In this document: piece after piece, positions 37,101 to 45,248 of the stretch
Position numbering within the stretch: position 1 is the first letter of the stretch
How the letters are laid out: each line of letters starts with the position of its first letter
IMG/VR virus record: IMGVR_UViG_3300045141_000143
Span: 4,061 to 68,060 of that record
Reading direction: 5' to 3' (one strand)
Length of the DNA stretch: 64,000 bases
Source of the DNA: a virus
Notes under the pieces: model-generated
What the model saw: only the letters and a program-made list of their open reading frames with translations
Database searches by the model: none
What the model was told of the DNA's origin: nothing
Program-made: the position numbers and the translations under genes

Positions 37101-40100
37101 GATAGCGGTGGCGACAACAGCGAGGCCGGTGATGGCCAGACCGGTTGGGGTCGTGATCGCGGCCCAGGCTTGCTTCGCGGCTTGCGCGATCACGCCGAAG
37201 CCGGTGCCGGTCGCCAGGGCCACGTCGAGAACTTGGTGGCCCTGCTGGATGAACGCAGTGAAGACGGACTGTCCGGCCTCGATGGAGCTGAAGAACTGGA
37301 TCGTCTGCACGCCGAGCTGACGGACAGCGAACGCGGCCTGGCCGTGCCCGGTAGCGAGATCCTGGGCCGATTTCTGCGCCTTCGCGAAACGGCCGTTCAG
37401 CGCATCAAGCGCCGCGTCATAGTTCGCGACCGGCAGCGCGCCGTTCTTCACCGACTCGTTCAGCAGGTTGAACTCTTTCTCGTACGCCATCGACATGGCG
37501 AACAGCGGATCGAATTTCGCGCGGAGTGCATCCAGCGATGCGCCGTAGGCCTGGATGTCAGCGGCCCGCTTGGCGTAGTCGGCGTCGGAGGTCGGCGCTT
37601 GGACACCGGCAAAGGCACTGGCTTGTGCCTGTGCTGCTTCTGCGACCGCCTCCGCTGCGGCCTTCATCCCGGTGGCTGCCTCAGTCGCCGCCTCGTAGTC
37701 GCTCACGATCTTGTCGAGCGCGGCTGACTGCTCGGCAAGTCCCGGCAGCACACCGGTGTCGATAGCCTCCGAGAGCGCGCTCAGTTCCGTGCGATATTTG
37801 AGGGTGGCGGCAAACACCGGATCAAGGCTGGCCTGGAGCCGATCCGCCGCCTCGCCGACGGCCTCGAGGTCGGCAGCACGCTTGGCATAGTCGGCCTCGG
37901 AGGTCGGCGCTGTGACGCCAGCAAAGGCGTTGGCCTGGGCCTGCCCAGCCTCCGCTGCGGCCTCCGCTGCAGCCCGTGCACCGGTCGCTGCCTCAGTGGC
38001 CTTCTCATAGTCCGCGACGATCTTGTTGAGCGCCGCGGACTGCTCCGCGAGGCTCGGCAGCACACCGGTATCAATCGCTTCAGCGAGGGCACTGAGTTCG
38101 GTGCGGTACTTCAGCGTGGCCGCGAACGCCGGATCGAGGCTTGCCTGGAGCGCATCCGCCGCAGAGCCGACGGCGGCCAGGTCTGCCGCCCGCTTGTTGT
38201 AGTCATCGGTGGAGGTGGGCGCGGTGACGCCGGCGAAAGCGTTGACCTGGGCCTGTGCCGCTTGCGCCGCTGCTTCGGCTGCGGCTTTTGTCCCGGTGGC
38301 TGCTTCGGTTGCCGCCTCATAGTCCGCGACGATCTTGTTGAGCGCCGCGGACTGCTCCGCGAGGCTCGGCAGCACACCGGTATCAATCGCCTCCGCGAGC
38401 GCGCTCAGTTCCGTGCGGTACTTCAGCGTGGCAGCGAACACCGGACTGAGTTTCGCTTGCAGCTGATCCGCCGCCGCGCCTACGGCTTCGAGGTCGGCAG
38501 CGCGCTTGGCATAGTCCTCTTCGGAGGTTGGGTCGGTGACGCCAGCGAAGGCGTTGGCCCTGGCCTGTCCGGTTGATGCCGCCGCCTCGGCTGCGGCCTT
38601 TGCACCGGTCGCCGCCTCGGTCGCCGCCTCATAGTCAGCGACAATCCTGTTCAGCGCGGCCGACTGCTCCTTGAGCCCTGGCAGCACACCGGTATCGATG
38701 GCTTCCGAGAGTTTGCTCAACTCGGTGCGATACCTCAGCGTGGCGGCGAATACCGGATCGAGGCTCGCTTGAACCTGATCCGCCGCAGAGCCGACGGCGG
38801 AGAGGTCAGCAGCACGCTTGGCATAGTCCTCGTCGGAGGTCGGAGGGATGACGCCAGCGAACTGGTTGGCCTGCGACTGGAATGCTTGTGCCGCAGCCGC
38901 AGCGGTAGCCTTCATACCGGTGGCAGCTTCGGTCGCCTTCTCGTAATCCGCGACGATCTTGTTGAGCGCGGCTGACTGTTCGGCCAATCCCGGCAGCACG
39001 CCGGTATCGATGGCTTCCGACAGCTTGCTCAACTCGGTGCGGTACTTGAGCGTGGCCGCGAACACCGGATCGAGGCTCGCTTGCAGTGAGTCCGCTGCAG
39101 CGCCGACGGCGTTCAGGTCGGCGGCTCGCTTGGCGTAATCATCCTCGGAGGTGGGCTGGGTGATGCCAGCGAAGGCGTTGACCCGTGCCTGCGCGGCCTG
39201 CGCTGCGGCTTCGGCTGCGGCCTTCGCGCCGGTCGCTGCCTCAGTGGCCTTTTCATAGTCGCCCACGATCCGATCGAGCGCGGCGGACTGCTCCTTCATA
39301 CCGGGCAGCACACCGGTGTCGATGGCCTCAGCGAGCGCACTCAACTCGTTGCGGTATCTCAGGGTGGCGGCGAACACCGGGTCGAGCTTCGCCTGTAGCT
39401 GATCCGCCGCAGAGCCGACGGCGGAGAGGTCAGCAGCACGCTTGGCATAGTCATCATCGGAGGTTGGGGCGACGACACCGGCGAAGGCATTGGCCTTGCC
39501 CTGCGCGGCCTGGGCGGCGGCATCAGCCGCGGCCTTCAATCCCGTGGCAGCTTCGGTGGCCTTATCGTAGTCGGACACGATCTTGTCGAGCGCTGCCGAC
39601 TGCTCCTTCAGACCCGGCAGCACACCAGTGTCGATGGCCGACGACAGCGCACTCAGCTCGTTGCGATATTTGAGAGTGGCAGCGAAGACCGGATCGAGCC
39701 TCGCCTGGAGCGCATCCAGTTCGGCGCCATAGGCCGCGATGTCGGCAGCCCGTTTGTTGTAGTCCACTTCGGAGGTAGGCGCGGAGATGCCGTATTGCTT
39801 GCTGAATGCCGCCTGGGACGCCGCTCCGAAGGCTGTGAGCTGCCCCTGTAGGCCAAGCAGGGCCTCCGAGCCGTCAGCAATCTGACCCTGCCACAGCCGC
39901 TGCGCCTCTGCCGCGCCCTCGGTCGCCTCGCGGATGGTGACCAGCGAGGCGGCAGCGCGCTCAACCTTCTGCACCTGCTCGTCGAGGACGCGGTTGGCGG
40001 CATCCTGGCTGACGGTGCCAACGGCAACCGCTGCGGCCGCCTGGGCCTGGATGCGCGTGAGTTCTTCCTGCGCCGACTTCAGGCGATAGACGGCAGCGGT

Positions 40101-40331
40101 AAGCTCGTCGTTGCGACGGGCCACTCGCTCAAAGGCAGAAGCGGCGGCGAGAACCTTTTCGCCAGCGTCCTCGGCGTCCGAGCCCGCTCCCGCCAGCGCC
40201 GCGCCGGCGCCCTCCGCCTTCTTGATGACGGTATCAAGCTTGGCGGCTGCGGCATCGGCGGCCGGGCTGAGGTTGTCTTCGACGCTGAGTTTGGCGACAT
40301 ATTCGTCGGTGATTTTTTCGCTCTCGGCCAT
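31122..40331 (-). CDS. Tape measure protein (3069 aa) with two repeat arrays and lytic transglycosylase domain
   Basis: Ala/Gln-rich helical; QLGVQ..QF..FIQQG.Q lambda-TMP motif; GVMQ and VESGG motifs. Confidence 0.92.
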   Translation of the reverse strand: MAESEKITDEYVAKLSVEDNLSPAADAAAAKLDTVIKKAEGAGAALAGAGSDAEDAGEKVLAAASAFERVARRNDELTAAVYRLKSAQEELTRIQAQAAAAVAVGTVSQDAANRVLDEQVQKVERAAASLVTIREATEGAAEAQRLWQGQIADGSEALLGLQGQLTAFGAASQAAFSKQYGISAPTSEVDYNKRAADIAAYGAELDALQARLDPVFAATLKYRNELSALSSAIDTGVLPGLKEQSAALDKIVSDYDKATEAATGLKAAADAAAQAAQGKANAFAGVVAPTSDDDYAKRAADLSAVGSAADQLQAKLDPVFAATLRYRNELSALAEAIDTGVLPGMKEQSAALDRIVGDYEKATEAATGAKAAAEAAAQAAQARVNAFAGITQPTSEDDYAKRAADLNAVGAAADSLQASLDPVFAATLKYRTELSKLSEAIDTGVLPGLAEQSAALNKIVADYEKATEAATGMKATAAAAAQAFQSQANQFAGVIPPTSDEDYAKRAADLSAVGSAADQVQASLDPVFAATLRYRTELSKLSEAIDTGVLPGLKEQSAALNRIVADYEAATEAATGAKAAAEAAASTGQARANAFAGVTDPTSEEDYAKRAADLEAVGAAADQLQAKLSPVFAATLKYRTELSALAEAIDTGVLPSLAEQSAALNKIVADYEAATEAATGTKAAAEAAAQAAQAQVNAFAGVTAPTSTDDYNKRAADLAAVGSAADALQASLDPAFAATLKYRTELSALAEAIDTGVLPSLAEQSAALNKIVADYEKATEAATGARAAAEAAAEAGQAQANAFAGVTAPTSEADYAKRAADLEAVGEAADRLQASLDPVFAATLKYRTELSALSEAIDTGVLPGLAEQSAALDKIVSDYEAATEAATGMKAAAEAVAEAAQAQASAFAGVQAPTSDADYAKRAADIQAYGASLDALRAKFDPLFAMSMAYEKEFNLLNESVKNGALPVANYDAALDALNGRFAKAQKSAQDLATGHGQAAFAVRQLGVQTIQFFSSIEAGQSVFTAFIQQGHQVLDVALATGTGFGVIAQAAKQAWAAITTPTGLAITGLAVVATAIVGLGYAAEVAARKQEALRDQLSATTNDYVNLAEAVRAAGSEVAKSTPASTADATSAAQTFASAPLIDKSQQSLAKLTTTAQYLSAVLGKSLQDTANLMVEASADPTKVAVGLDTATKSLVGLDSVTLANIAHLQQLGDVTDANAKLMEVFGAAADRAEKELTPLQKAVIDLDAALSPAAQAHQKTFFESLGKAIDDMAAAAVEAIARTINALRDLQKWIDDHQNNPSAGSQGNAINSSAYQGDSIIDRFVAWVTGRAATNAAQTGQDVIDTQIQKLQAKYPSLFQGAPSGTSVLTDHTPGVAADSIGHGVMQIVPGTAAARGLPGGFIDQNAGQNIIAALNYMNSLFQQGRDAQGITQAYGGFSAGNTAGLTAKMGKLNAADIGKLPTDVSGGIAFIAQLYGWPDWLTKLALQTASVESGGTQFAARVSTPAKVDFPTGTPESIAAANAGASAMAGNLSDAQAAQLAKLITLQKEYTEARSQAVIHNDNAQVEQYNKLLEQNAVDINNVIHPTEQATKALQDQNTVASILYEADKQRAAGELAIARQRAQNPLHPISDDDAAKQIAAQLGALSAAYDLWVKKTQEATLEQTKLTVAWSGGAKAASDAAIQQQAYNIVAEKFGKAAADAGVGVAATAAIIRDNTKATEEAKAVQDSLATAQQIEITKVQTDTLLENGDARALLVQHMKDQNELASKSPQLLDQERAAMLAQKDVAAQLTQNLQNQQQTVNYLSQQFSSAFDTIGNSITQAFVQGSGAGVKFASVMQGVVTQLIQQFAHLAILNPILNNLFGKNDTTLGSVFNLFSGAGSTGGGAGSGLGTALQLVDLGNGVKGFVPVGGVGAISGMIGTQAVGTSGTLGGAFGGGTIGGLAGLYASGAGQGSSSSGGIGSLLSTGGSLFTIGKALFPDTFSAAGNAGGSMFSGLGESLGLTGPNGALTGITNFLNTPIIAPTAASGGILPGDAIIAANPGVTIGSLAGAASAGFAAGSLVGGFVQKSQNKVGYGPEIGAALGTAAGIAGVVLAPATFGTSLLIPALIGGVLGGSAGGLIGPHAPNAFSSTIINRNDQGLLTVGSTTSQRVNASGERSAAISDVQSINDLLTSKGLRVTSLEGVNTGAQYLQIGQNTPGGFQDPSKYSSIGAAFPSLRFSSSDDLTNRFIQGRLFQSPEELAGVTTSLSDFEKALKGTKAESDTMGIAFRALSGAANTDVQPALQKAATFITSIYPSLTAGQPGSLATNQSQVYAQYSDALNQAQQYGFGYDDLKAAQQKLYDRNNLVAKLATDTITSTQTSNFLTAQASISGSPQDALNAQLYQFDNLGAGSATQRQAFSDSLTAIWGDAFTTTQGYNDRMAEYDKATAEQRLAIQVAFNKQQQQNDIASNEQLLTLQARQGTTAAALSGDPTQIHTAALNSLNAQQAIERIGFQQSEQQTFGDQFYNTDSNYAAKWDALINSQANEMNILGQQINRENLQLQVNSVQQNENIDVRRVNAIAALYPTQVAPAAAYEAFDVQASQELQNFYLSMTQTYGNAYATTQEYGDKLNALVTAQGEERLVLEQTLNQKLRQQAIASWQQDITFTVRRDTARAAISGDPTAMGNASLSALYVQQVEEMQNLQEGLKQTYGDAYATTAEYYGKVGALQDAQTAEMQLAMQQLARAALERQVASQQQDWGFAVRSSNATANIIGSPEAKARAELFAFDVNAGSEQQNLYLSLTSTYGNAYALTKEYGDKMLALQNAQGLERIALQQQLDLQARQQQIASSQQDESFATRFENAQASVTGGQAALNQAARDALVVTQNDELDNLKISLVQTYGDAYQYTVDYGTKITALVKAQGEERLALQQQQNDALASQATSSITSLNQYARTLQTSAQSPLSPQAQFNLAKTQFDTQSGLASGGNFAAVQTLQTYADNYLNAAHTLYGSGTDYVTAFGRVITALAEVGGQTSDQLTASVLQTETRSQTAQLVEQLQELQDEVKQLRLQLLQGTTAPARVS
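31560..33200 (-). repeat. Degenerate 285-bp (95-aa) repeat, about 6 units
   Basis: (Y/F/W)G(D/N) registers at 31666, 31951, 32236, 32521, 32806, 33091. Confidence 0.85.
37567..39765 (-). repeat. 312-bp (104-aa) tandem repeat, 7 full units plus partial
   Basis: Y(A/N)KRAAD codons at 39751, 39439, 39127, 38815, 38503, 38191, 37879, 37567. Confidence 0.95.
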
Positions 40332-40332
40332 C

Positions 40333-41010
40333 TCAGCGCGCCGACAGCTGGAGGGCAGGGTAGGTGATCTGCTCGCCCCGGTAGATCCCAGTCTTCAAGA
40401 CGTATGGAACCTGCCAGCCGTGCGCCAAGCCGCCGCCTGGAAGCGTGACGAACAGCCGTTCGATGAGCGCGGCTGGGAACTTTCGCATCGCCCACTGCCG
40501 CACCCGTTCGGTCACAACGAGTTCGGGCCGGGCATAGTGCGAGAGCCGACCGCTGCGCCCGAGACGGCCTTCTTCCTCCAACCTGCGCGCGTATGGCGCG
40601 AAGTTTGCGAGGATGACCTTGGCGTTGAAGGGGATTTTTTTGGAGAGATCGGTGACCGGGATCCCGTCGATCGCCAGGAACCACGCATCCCGATAGGCGC
40701 CGCTTTGGACCGGCGAGATTGCCTGGGCGTATGCGAGCATCGCTCGAACAACGCCGTCCAGCAGCGCGAATTTGATGGTGATGGTGTCGCCGTAGAAGGT
40801 GACCGGCGACAGATCGCTGGTCTCCTTGTCATTCACGAACATCCGATAGACCGGAAGCTCGCCGCCTGCCTTCATCTCATTAAGGCGGTCACGCAGGTGC
40901 CTTGCTACGATCTTGCTCGCGTTGGGAGACTGGACGTGACGATCCAGCATCCGCCGCACTTCCTTGAGCATCCTGGGTCCGACGGATGCGCCGGCTAGCG
41001 GAATTGCCAT
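40333..41010 (-). CDS. HK97 gp10-like tail completion/neck protein
   Basis: SPVQSGAYR..W..N..PYARRLE. Confidence 0.65.
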   Translation of the reverse strand: MAIPLAGASVGPRMLKEVRRMLDRHVQSPNASKIVARHLRDRLNEMKAGGELPVYRMFVNDKETSDLSPVTFYGDTITIKFALLDGVVRAMLAYAQAISPVQSGAYRDAWFLAIDGIPVTDLSKKIPFNAKVILANFAPYARRLEEEGRLGRSGRLSHYARPELVVTERVRQWAMRKFPAALIERLFVTLPGGGLAHGWQVPYVLKTGIYRGEQITYPALQLSAR

Positions 41011-41411
41011 CAGCGCACCCTTCGTGTCGACGAAGGAGGATCGGGCGGATGCTTTTCGATCCACCACGCCCGATACTCAGCGTCCATCCTCTGAATCACG
41101 CGGTCGAGCATTTGAAATTCTCCGCGCGCCATCCGATGGAACTCGGCCCACTGCCGCACCACAGTCCAAGGGATGTCCCCGGGTACAGCTGGACCCATCC
41201 CGCCGCCGTGTTGCGGACGATCGGGATGGAGCCGGAACCAGGCTCGCCACATCCAAAGGAATTGAGGTTCGATTTGCGGAGCAGGCGGCAGATCCGCCTC
41301 GCTCTGGTCGGGGCGTTGCCCCCTAGCGATCTGCTCGTTGCGGCGAATAACCTGTCGCCTGCGCAGATCGCCCCAGTCTAGCTCGATGCGGAGTCCGACG
41401 ACGAGTTTTTT
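41010..41411 (-). CDS. Tail assembly chaperone C-terminal extension (gpGT-like, -1 frameshift)
   Basis: -1 frame open from slippery site: KKLVVGLRIELDWGD..WRAWFRLHPDR..IPW..MDAEY. Confidence 0.8.
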   Translation of the reverse strand, partial: KKLVVGLRIELDWGDLRRRQVIRRNEQIARGQRPDQSEADLPPAPQIEPQFLWMWRAWFRLHPDRPQHGGGMGPAVPGDIPWTVVRQWAEFHRMARGEFQMLDRVIQRMDAEYRAWWIEKHPPDPPSSTRRVR

Positions 41412-41812
41412 ACCGCGTCCTCAACCTGCTTCATCGAGCGCGCTGACACGCGGCCAGCGACTTCCCAGCACATCCGCGACAGCTTGCCGTAGTCGTTCTG
41501 GTAAAGCAGCTTGTGGAACGTCTCCAACGGCACGGGCTGGCCGTCCTTGTCGTTCAGGTTCCTCACCCCGATGATGAGGAACTCCTCCATCAGCGAGGCG
41601 TTGATGCGTCGCTGCTCGGCGTTGGGTATCTTCTTTTCGTCGCCATTGTAGGGCTCGGCTGCGGCAATCGTGCGGGCGGTTCGCGCATCGTGGAATGCGT
41701 CGGTGAAGCCGCGCACCTGAATTTCGAGATCACCGTAGGCCTCGTTCACACGCACCCAGATACCGTCGATGATCGACTTCATGTCGCTTTGGAATTCGAG
41801 GAGATTTGCCAT
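41378..41812 (-). CDS. Tail assembly chaperone (gpG-like)
   Basis: Between tail tube and tape measure; DG.WV..VKN. Confidence 0.8.
   Translation of the reverse strand: MANLLEFQSDMKSIIDGIWVRVNEAYGDLEIQVRGFTDAFHDARTARTIAAAEPYNGDEKKIPNAEQRRINASLMEEFLIIGVRNLNDKDGQPVPLETFHKLLYQNDYGKLSRMCWEVAGRVSARSMKQVEDAVKNSSSDSASS
41405..41411 (-). other. Programmed -1 ribosomal frameshift site A AAA AAC
   Basis: GTA AAA AAC near end of chaperone ORF; -1 frame joins 41010-41252 ORF. Confidence 0.8.
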
Positions 41813-41951
41813 GTTACTTCCTGTCCGGTGGAAGGATGGCGCGTGACCACAGCCCGGACGGCAACGGCCACGCGCCGACAGGCGGGGCGGTTCCTACAGA
41901 ACCCCGCCCGCCATCAGCGTCGTTGGGAGACGCCGATCTTGTTGATGGGGA

Positions 41952-43193
41952 TCAGTTAGGGGCCGGGAACCGGTTCAGCTGGAAGGTTCCGCCGTTCACC
42001 GTGTCGGGGTTGCACTCGAAGGTGACGTCCACCATGAGCGCCGCGCCTGGGCCGGTCGCGTTGATCTTTGCGAGAAAGACCACGTTCTGAAACGACAGGC
42101 AGTAGCTCTGTCTTGCCGCATCTTGCAGGTAGAACTGCACGTCGCCCGCAGTTTCAGCCTGGAAGACGTTGTACAGCAGGAAGTCCTTGCAGTACATCCG
42201 AAAGCTGCCGCTGCCCTGGAATGTCCCGCCAAGAATGCCGCTGGCTCCTGCTGCTCCTGCTGCGCCTGCCGATGGGCCTAGAGTGAACTCGGGTGCCGCG
42301 CCAGTGTTCTCCAAGGTGATTTGGAGCTGATCCAGATTGCCAGCGATCGTGTTCGTGGTGCCGTTGTATGTCATCCGAACATAGCCCGCGACCGGATCGA
42401 CCACGGTGCCTGCTGGCGCAGGGTTCAAGCCGCCGGTTGAGCCATCGGCTGCATTGAAGGCTTCGGATTGGGCAACGACATCGATAGCCCCGGTGAAGAA
42501 TGATCCGACGTTCGCGCCGAGCGTGATCCGCGTCACATAGCAACCGCCATAGCGCAGGAAGCCTTTGCCATCGAACTTCCGCTGCAGGAACAGCGAATGG
42601 AACGTCGTGCCGTTGGCGAGGCTCGACCCCGAGATCTGGACTTGGTTGCTGGTGAGTGAGGTCTCGGTCGTGGTCGCAACCGGTATCCCGACGAGGGTCA
42701 GGCTGGTGCCCGTGTTCACGGTGACCCGAAACCAAGTATTGTAGTTGTTGTTCACCCAGCCCGAGAGGCGGACGTACTGACCGACGAGGATGGTCGCAAA
42801 CTTCGCCGCCAGCGTTGATGTCAGCGTAAGGGTGCCAGTGCCATTCGACGCGATCGTCAGATCGGTGAGGATACTGAAGATCTGAAATGGCGGCGTGTGC
42901 GACCACTCGCCCTGACAGAGCGAGCCGAAGAAGTCGTCGTATGTGCCCCAGGACAGCGCGTAGTTGATGGTGCCACCAGCGGTCTGCTCAGTGGTGACCG
43001 CCTGCGAGACTTCGCGGGTGATGTTGATCTCGCCCGGCCGCTGCCGCGTTTTGGTGAGCGCCAGCGTGTCGCTTGTGTAGCGGATCGTGTTCCACTTTCC
43101 GCCTGGCTTCACGCCCCAGGTTGTTTCGGGGGCATATGAGAGAAGCGTTTGGTTGGCTTCGACGCCAGCCTGGTATCCTAGTGTCGCAGCCAT
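41952..43193 (-). CDS. Major tail tube protein, copy 2
   Basis: Y..E.TWGV.P..IRY.SDTL..EI..G.INY..YDDF..G.F..SG....Y. Confidence 0.82.
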   Translation of the reverse strand: MAATLGYQAGVEANQTLLSYAPETTWGVKPGGKWNTIRYTSDTLALTKTRQRPGEINITREVSQAVTTEQTAGGTINYALSWGTYDDFFGSLCQGEWSHTPPFQIFSILTDLTIASNGTGTLTLTSTLAAKFATILVGQYVRLSGWVNNNYNTWFRVTVNTGTSLTLVGIPVATTTETSLTSNQVQISGSSLANGTTFHSLFLQRKFDGKGFLRYGGCYVTRITLGANVGSFFTGAIDVVAQSEAFNAADGSTGGLNPAPAGTVVDPVAGYVRMTYNGTTNTIAGNLDQLQITLENTGAAPEFTLGPSAGAAGAAGASGILGGTFQGSGSFRMYCKDFLLYNVFQAETAGDVQFYLQDAARQSYCLSFQNVVFLAKINATGPGAALMVDVTFECNPDTVNGGTFQLNRFPAPN

Positions 43194-43220
43194 GTTGCTG
43201 CCCTCCTCCGCTGCTGCGTG

Positions 43221-44477
43221 TTACGGGGTGTTGGTGACGTTCGGCAGGCGATCGATGATGACTGTCCCGCCCAGCGCCGCCGGGTTCGCTTCGAACGTCA
43301 TCTCGGCATAGACCGGCTGCCCTGGTCCGCCCGCGTTCATCTTCTGCATCAAGACGGCGTTGGGGAACGTGAAGGCATAGGAGTTGCCAGTGGAGCCCTG
43401 GATGATGAAGGACAGCGCTCCCGCTGTTTCGGCCTGGAACAGATTATAGTTTGTGAAGTCGTTGAAGTACATGCGGAACGAGCCCGACGCTTGGAACGTG
43501 CCGCTGAGGATGCCGACAGAGAGCTTGTTGCCGAGCGCATACTCGGGCGCCGCTGAGGTGTTCTCCAGCGTGATGGCCATCTGGTCGAGCGAGCCCACCA
43601 TTGGCTCGCCGTTCCAAAATGCGCCGACAAAGCCGCCGACCGGGTCCATGACGATGGCGGGGGCCGGAAGGTCGACGCCGCTCGATGAGTCGGCGGTTCT
43701 GTCGTCCTCATCCTTTGAGACGATGTCGATCGCGCCGGTGAAGAAGTTGCCGACAGAGCCAGACAGCGTCAGGCGCGAGACGTAGGCGCCGGGGTAAACC
43801 AGCCACAGCGTCGATGACAGCATCCGCTGGAGGAACATCGACTTGAACGTCGTCCCGTTGGTCATCGATGACGACCGGACATGCGCCAGGACGCCGGTCG
43901 GGGTTTCGGTGGCAGCGTAGATACGCTGGGGACCAGCAAGCGTGAGATGGGTGGCGTCAGTCTTGGTCAGGACGTACCACCAGCCGTTGTTCTGCGGGAC
44001 GCCGGGCGCCGCCGGGTTAACCCCGAGCAGGAAGCCGTAGAGCTTGATCCACGACCCTTGCACGACGTTCAAGAACTTGTTGGCGGTCGCTGACGACAGC
44101 ACGCAGACGGCGCCAGCCCCAGGTGTGGTGACGGTGAGCACGATGTCGCCCGCTACCCCGTTGATCGCCTGTGGGGCTTGCCAGTCCTGCTGAAGCGCCA
44201 CCATCAGGAAGTCGTCATAGACACCGTACGACATAGCGTAGTTGATCGTGCCGCCAGCGGTCTGCTGGGTGGTGACGGCTTGCGACGCCTCACGGGTTAT
44301 GTTGATTTCGCTCGGCCGCTGCCGCGTCTTGGTTTCCGCCAAAGTGTCGCTCATGTAGCGGATCGCTTTGAAATGCGGCGGTCCTGCTGGGACGACGCCC
44401 CAGGTGGACTCGACGACATACGAGATGCGGGTTTGGTTGGTCTCGATGCCCGCTTGGTAACCAAGTGTCGCGGCCAT
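43221..44477 (-). CDS. Major tail tube protein, copy 1
   Basis: Full-length paralogue of 41952-43193 (both start MAATLGYQAG). Confidence 0.82.
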   Translation of the reverse strand: MAATLGYQAGIETNQTRISYVVESTWGVVPAGPPHFKAIRYMSDTLAETKTRQRPSEINITREASQAVTTQQTAGGTINYAMSYGVYDDFLMVALQQDWQAPQAINGVAGDIVLTVTTPGAGAVCVLSSATANKFLNVVQGSWIKLYGFLLGVNPAAPGVPQNNGWWYVLTKTDATHLTLAGPQRIYAATETPTGVLAHVRSSSMTNGTTFKSMFLQRMLSSTLWLVYPGAYVSRLTLSGSVGNFFTGAIDIVSKDEDDRTADSSSGVDLPAPAIVMDPVGGFVGAFWNGEPMVGSLDQMAITLENTSAAPEYALGNKLSVGILSGTFQASGSFRMYFNDFTNYNLFQAETAGALSFIIQGSTGNSYAFTFPNAVLMQKMNAGGPGQPVYAEMTFEANPAALGGTVIIDRLPNVTNTP

Positions 44478-44531
44478 ATTGCTCTCCTTTTAGTTAGAAT
44501 GAATGCACGCGACAGCAGGCCGCGTAGCTGG

Positions 44532-45047
44532 TTAAGCGACGACGACGGCGTTGGATGGCGGCGCTACGGTTTCGCCTTGCGCGTTGCGCGCGGTGACGGT
44601 GCAGGTCGCGCTCTTGCCAACGTCAGCGGGCTGCACGGCGTAATTTGGGGCATTGGTGCCTGCATTCGCGCCGTCCAGTTTCCACTGATACCAATACTCG
44701 GTCGGCTCGCCTTCCCAGTTCCCCATCGTGCAAGTCAGCGTGCTGCCGCTTTGCGAGGCGTAGGGAACATCGACGTTGGTCGGGCCACCCAGACCTACCG
44801 ACGGGAGCCGCCGTGCTCGCGTCCCCAAGGTTGTGCCACTAGCATCAGGCCCTATGCCGCCGACCGGCAGGATCTGTTTCGCGGCGACGCTTTCGTAGAC
44901 CCACATTCCGTGTTTGCCGCCGCCAGCATTCAGCACAACGCAGCGCGCAACGGCATCTGCTACACCGGTGTTTACGATTTCGCCGGTCGCGGTGTAGTTG
45001 CCTGAACCGGCGGGCGTTTCCGCAACGATATGGTACTCTTGAGGCAT
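44532..45047 (-). CDS. Ig-like domain virion protein
   Basis: GSTLTC..GNW.G.PT.Y.YQW..DG..Y.VQ.ADVGK..C.VTA.N..G. Confidence 0.8.
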   Translation of the reverse strand: MPQEYHIVAETPAGSGNYTATGEIVNTGVADAVARCVVLNAGGGKHGMWVYESVAAKQILPVGGIGPDASGTTLGTRARRLPSVGLGGPTNVDVPYASQSGSTLTCTMGNWEGEPTEYWYQWKLDGANAGTNAPNYAVQPADVGKSATCTVTARNAQGETVAPPSNAVVVA

Positions 45048-45063
45048 GGTCGTTTTCCTTCTC

Positions 45064-45231
45064 TCAGGGGAGTGTCTCGACCCAGAACCCGTACCGCGCG
45101 CCGTCCTGGCTCAGTTCGACGCAACGCAGGACAGCCACGTCGGCGTCGGCGGTTATGACCTCGCTGGTCTCGACATAGGTGCCGGAGTTGGCGGGTGTTT
45201 CGGTGATGACATGGAACGCTTCGGTTGCCAT
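45064..45231 (-). CDS. 55-aa protein paralogous to N-terminus of the Ig-like protein
   Basis: AAGGAG RBS; MATEAFHVITETPANSGTYVETSEVIT..AVLRCVEL..YGFWVE; not in ORF track. Confidence 0.75.
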   Translation of the reverse strand: MATEAFHVITETPANSGTYVETSEVITADADVAVLRCVELSQDGARYGFWVETLP

Positions 45232-45248
45232 GACGTTGGCTCCTTTTT

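Noticed and set aside
37567-39765. Regular repeats as CRISPR array
   Set aside because: 312-bp in-frame coding units with no unique spacers and no cas genes
41881-41912. GC-rich hairpin after tail tube genes as ncRNA
   Set aside because: Simple imperfect stem consistent with an attenuator or mRNA-stabilising element
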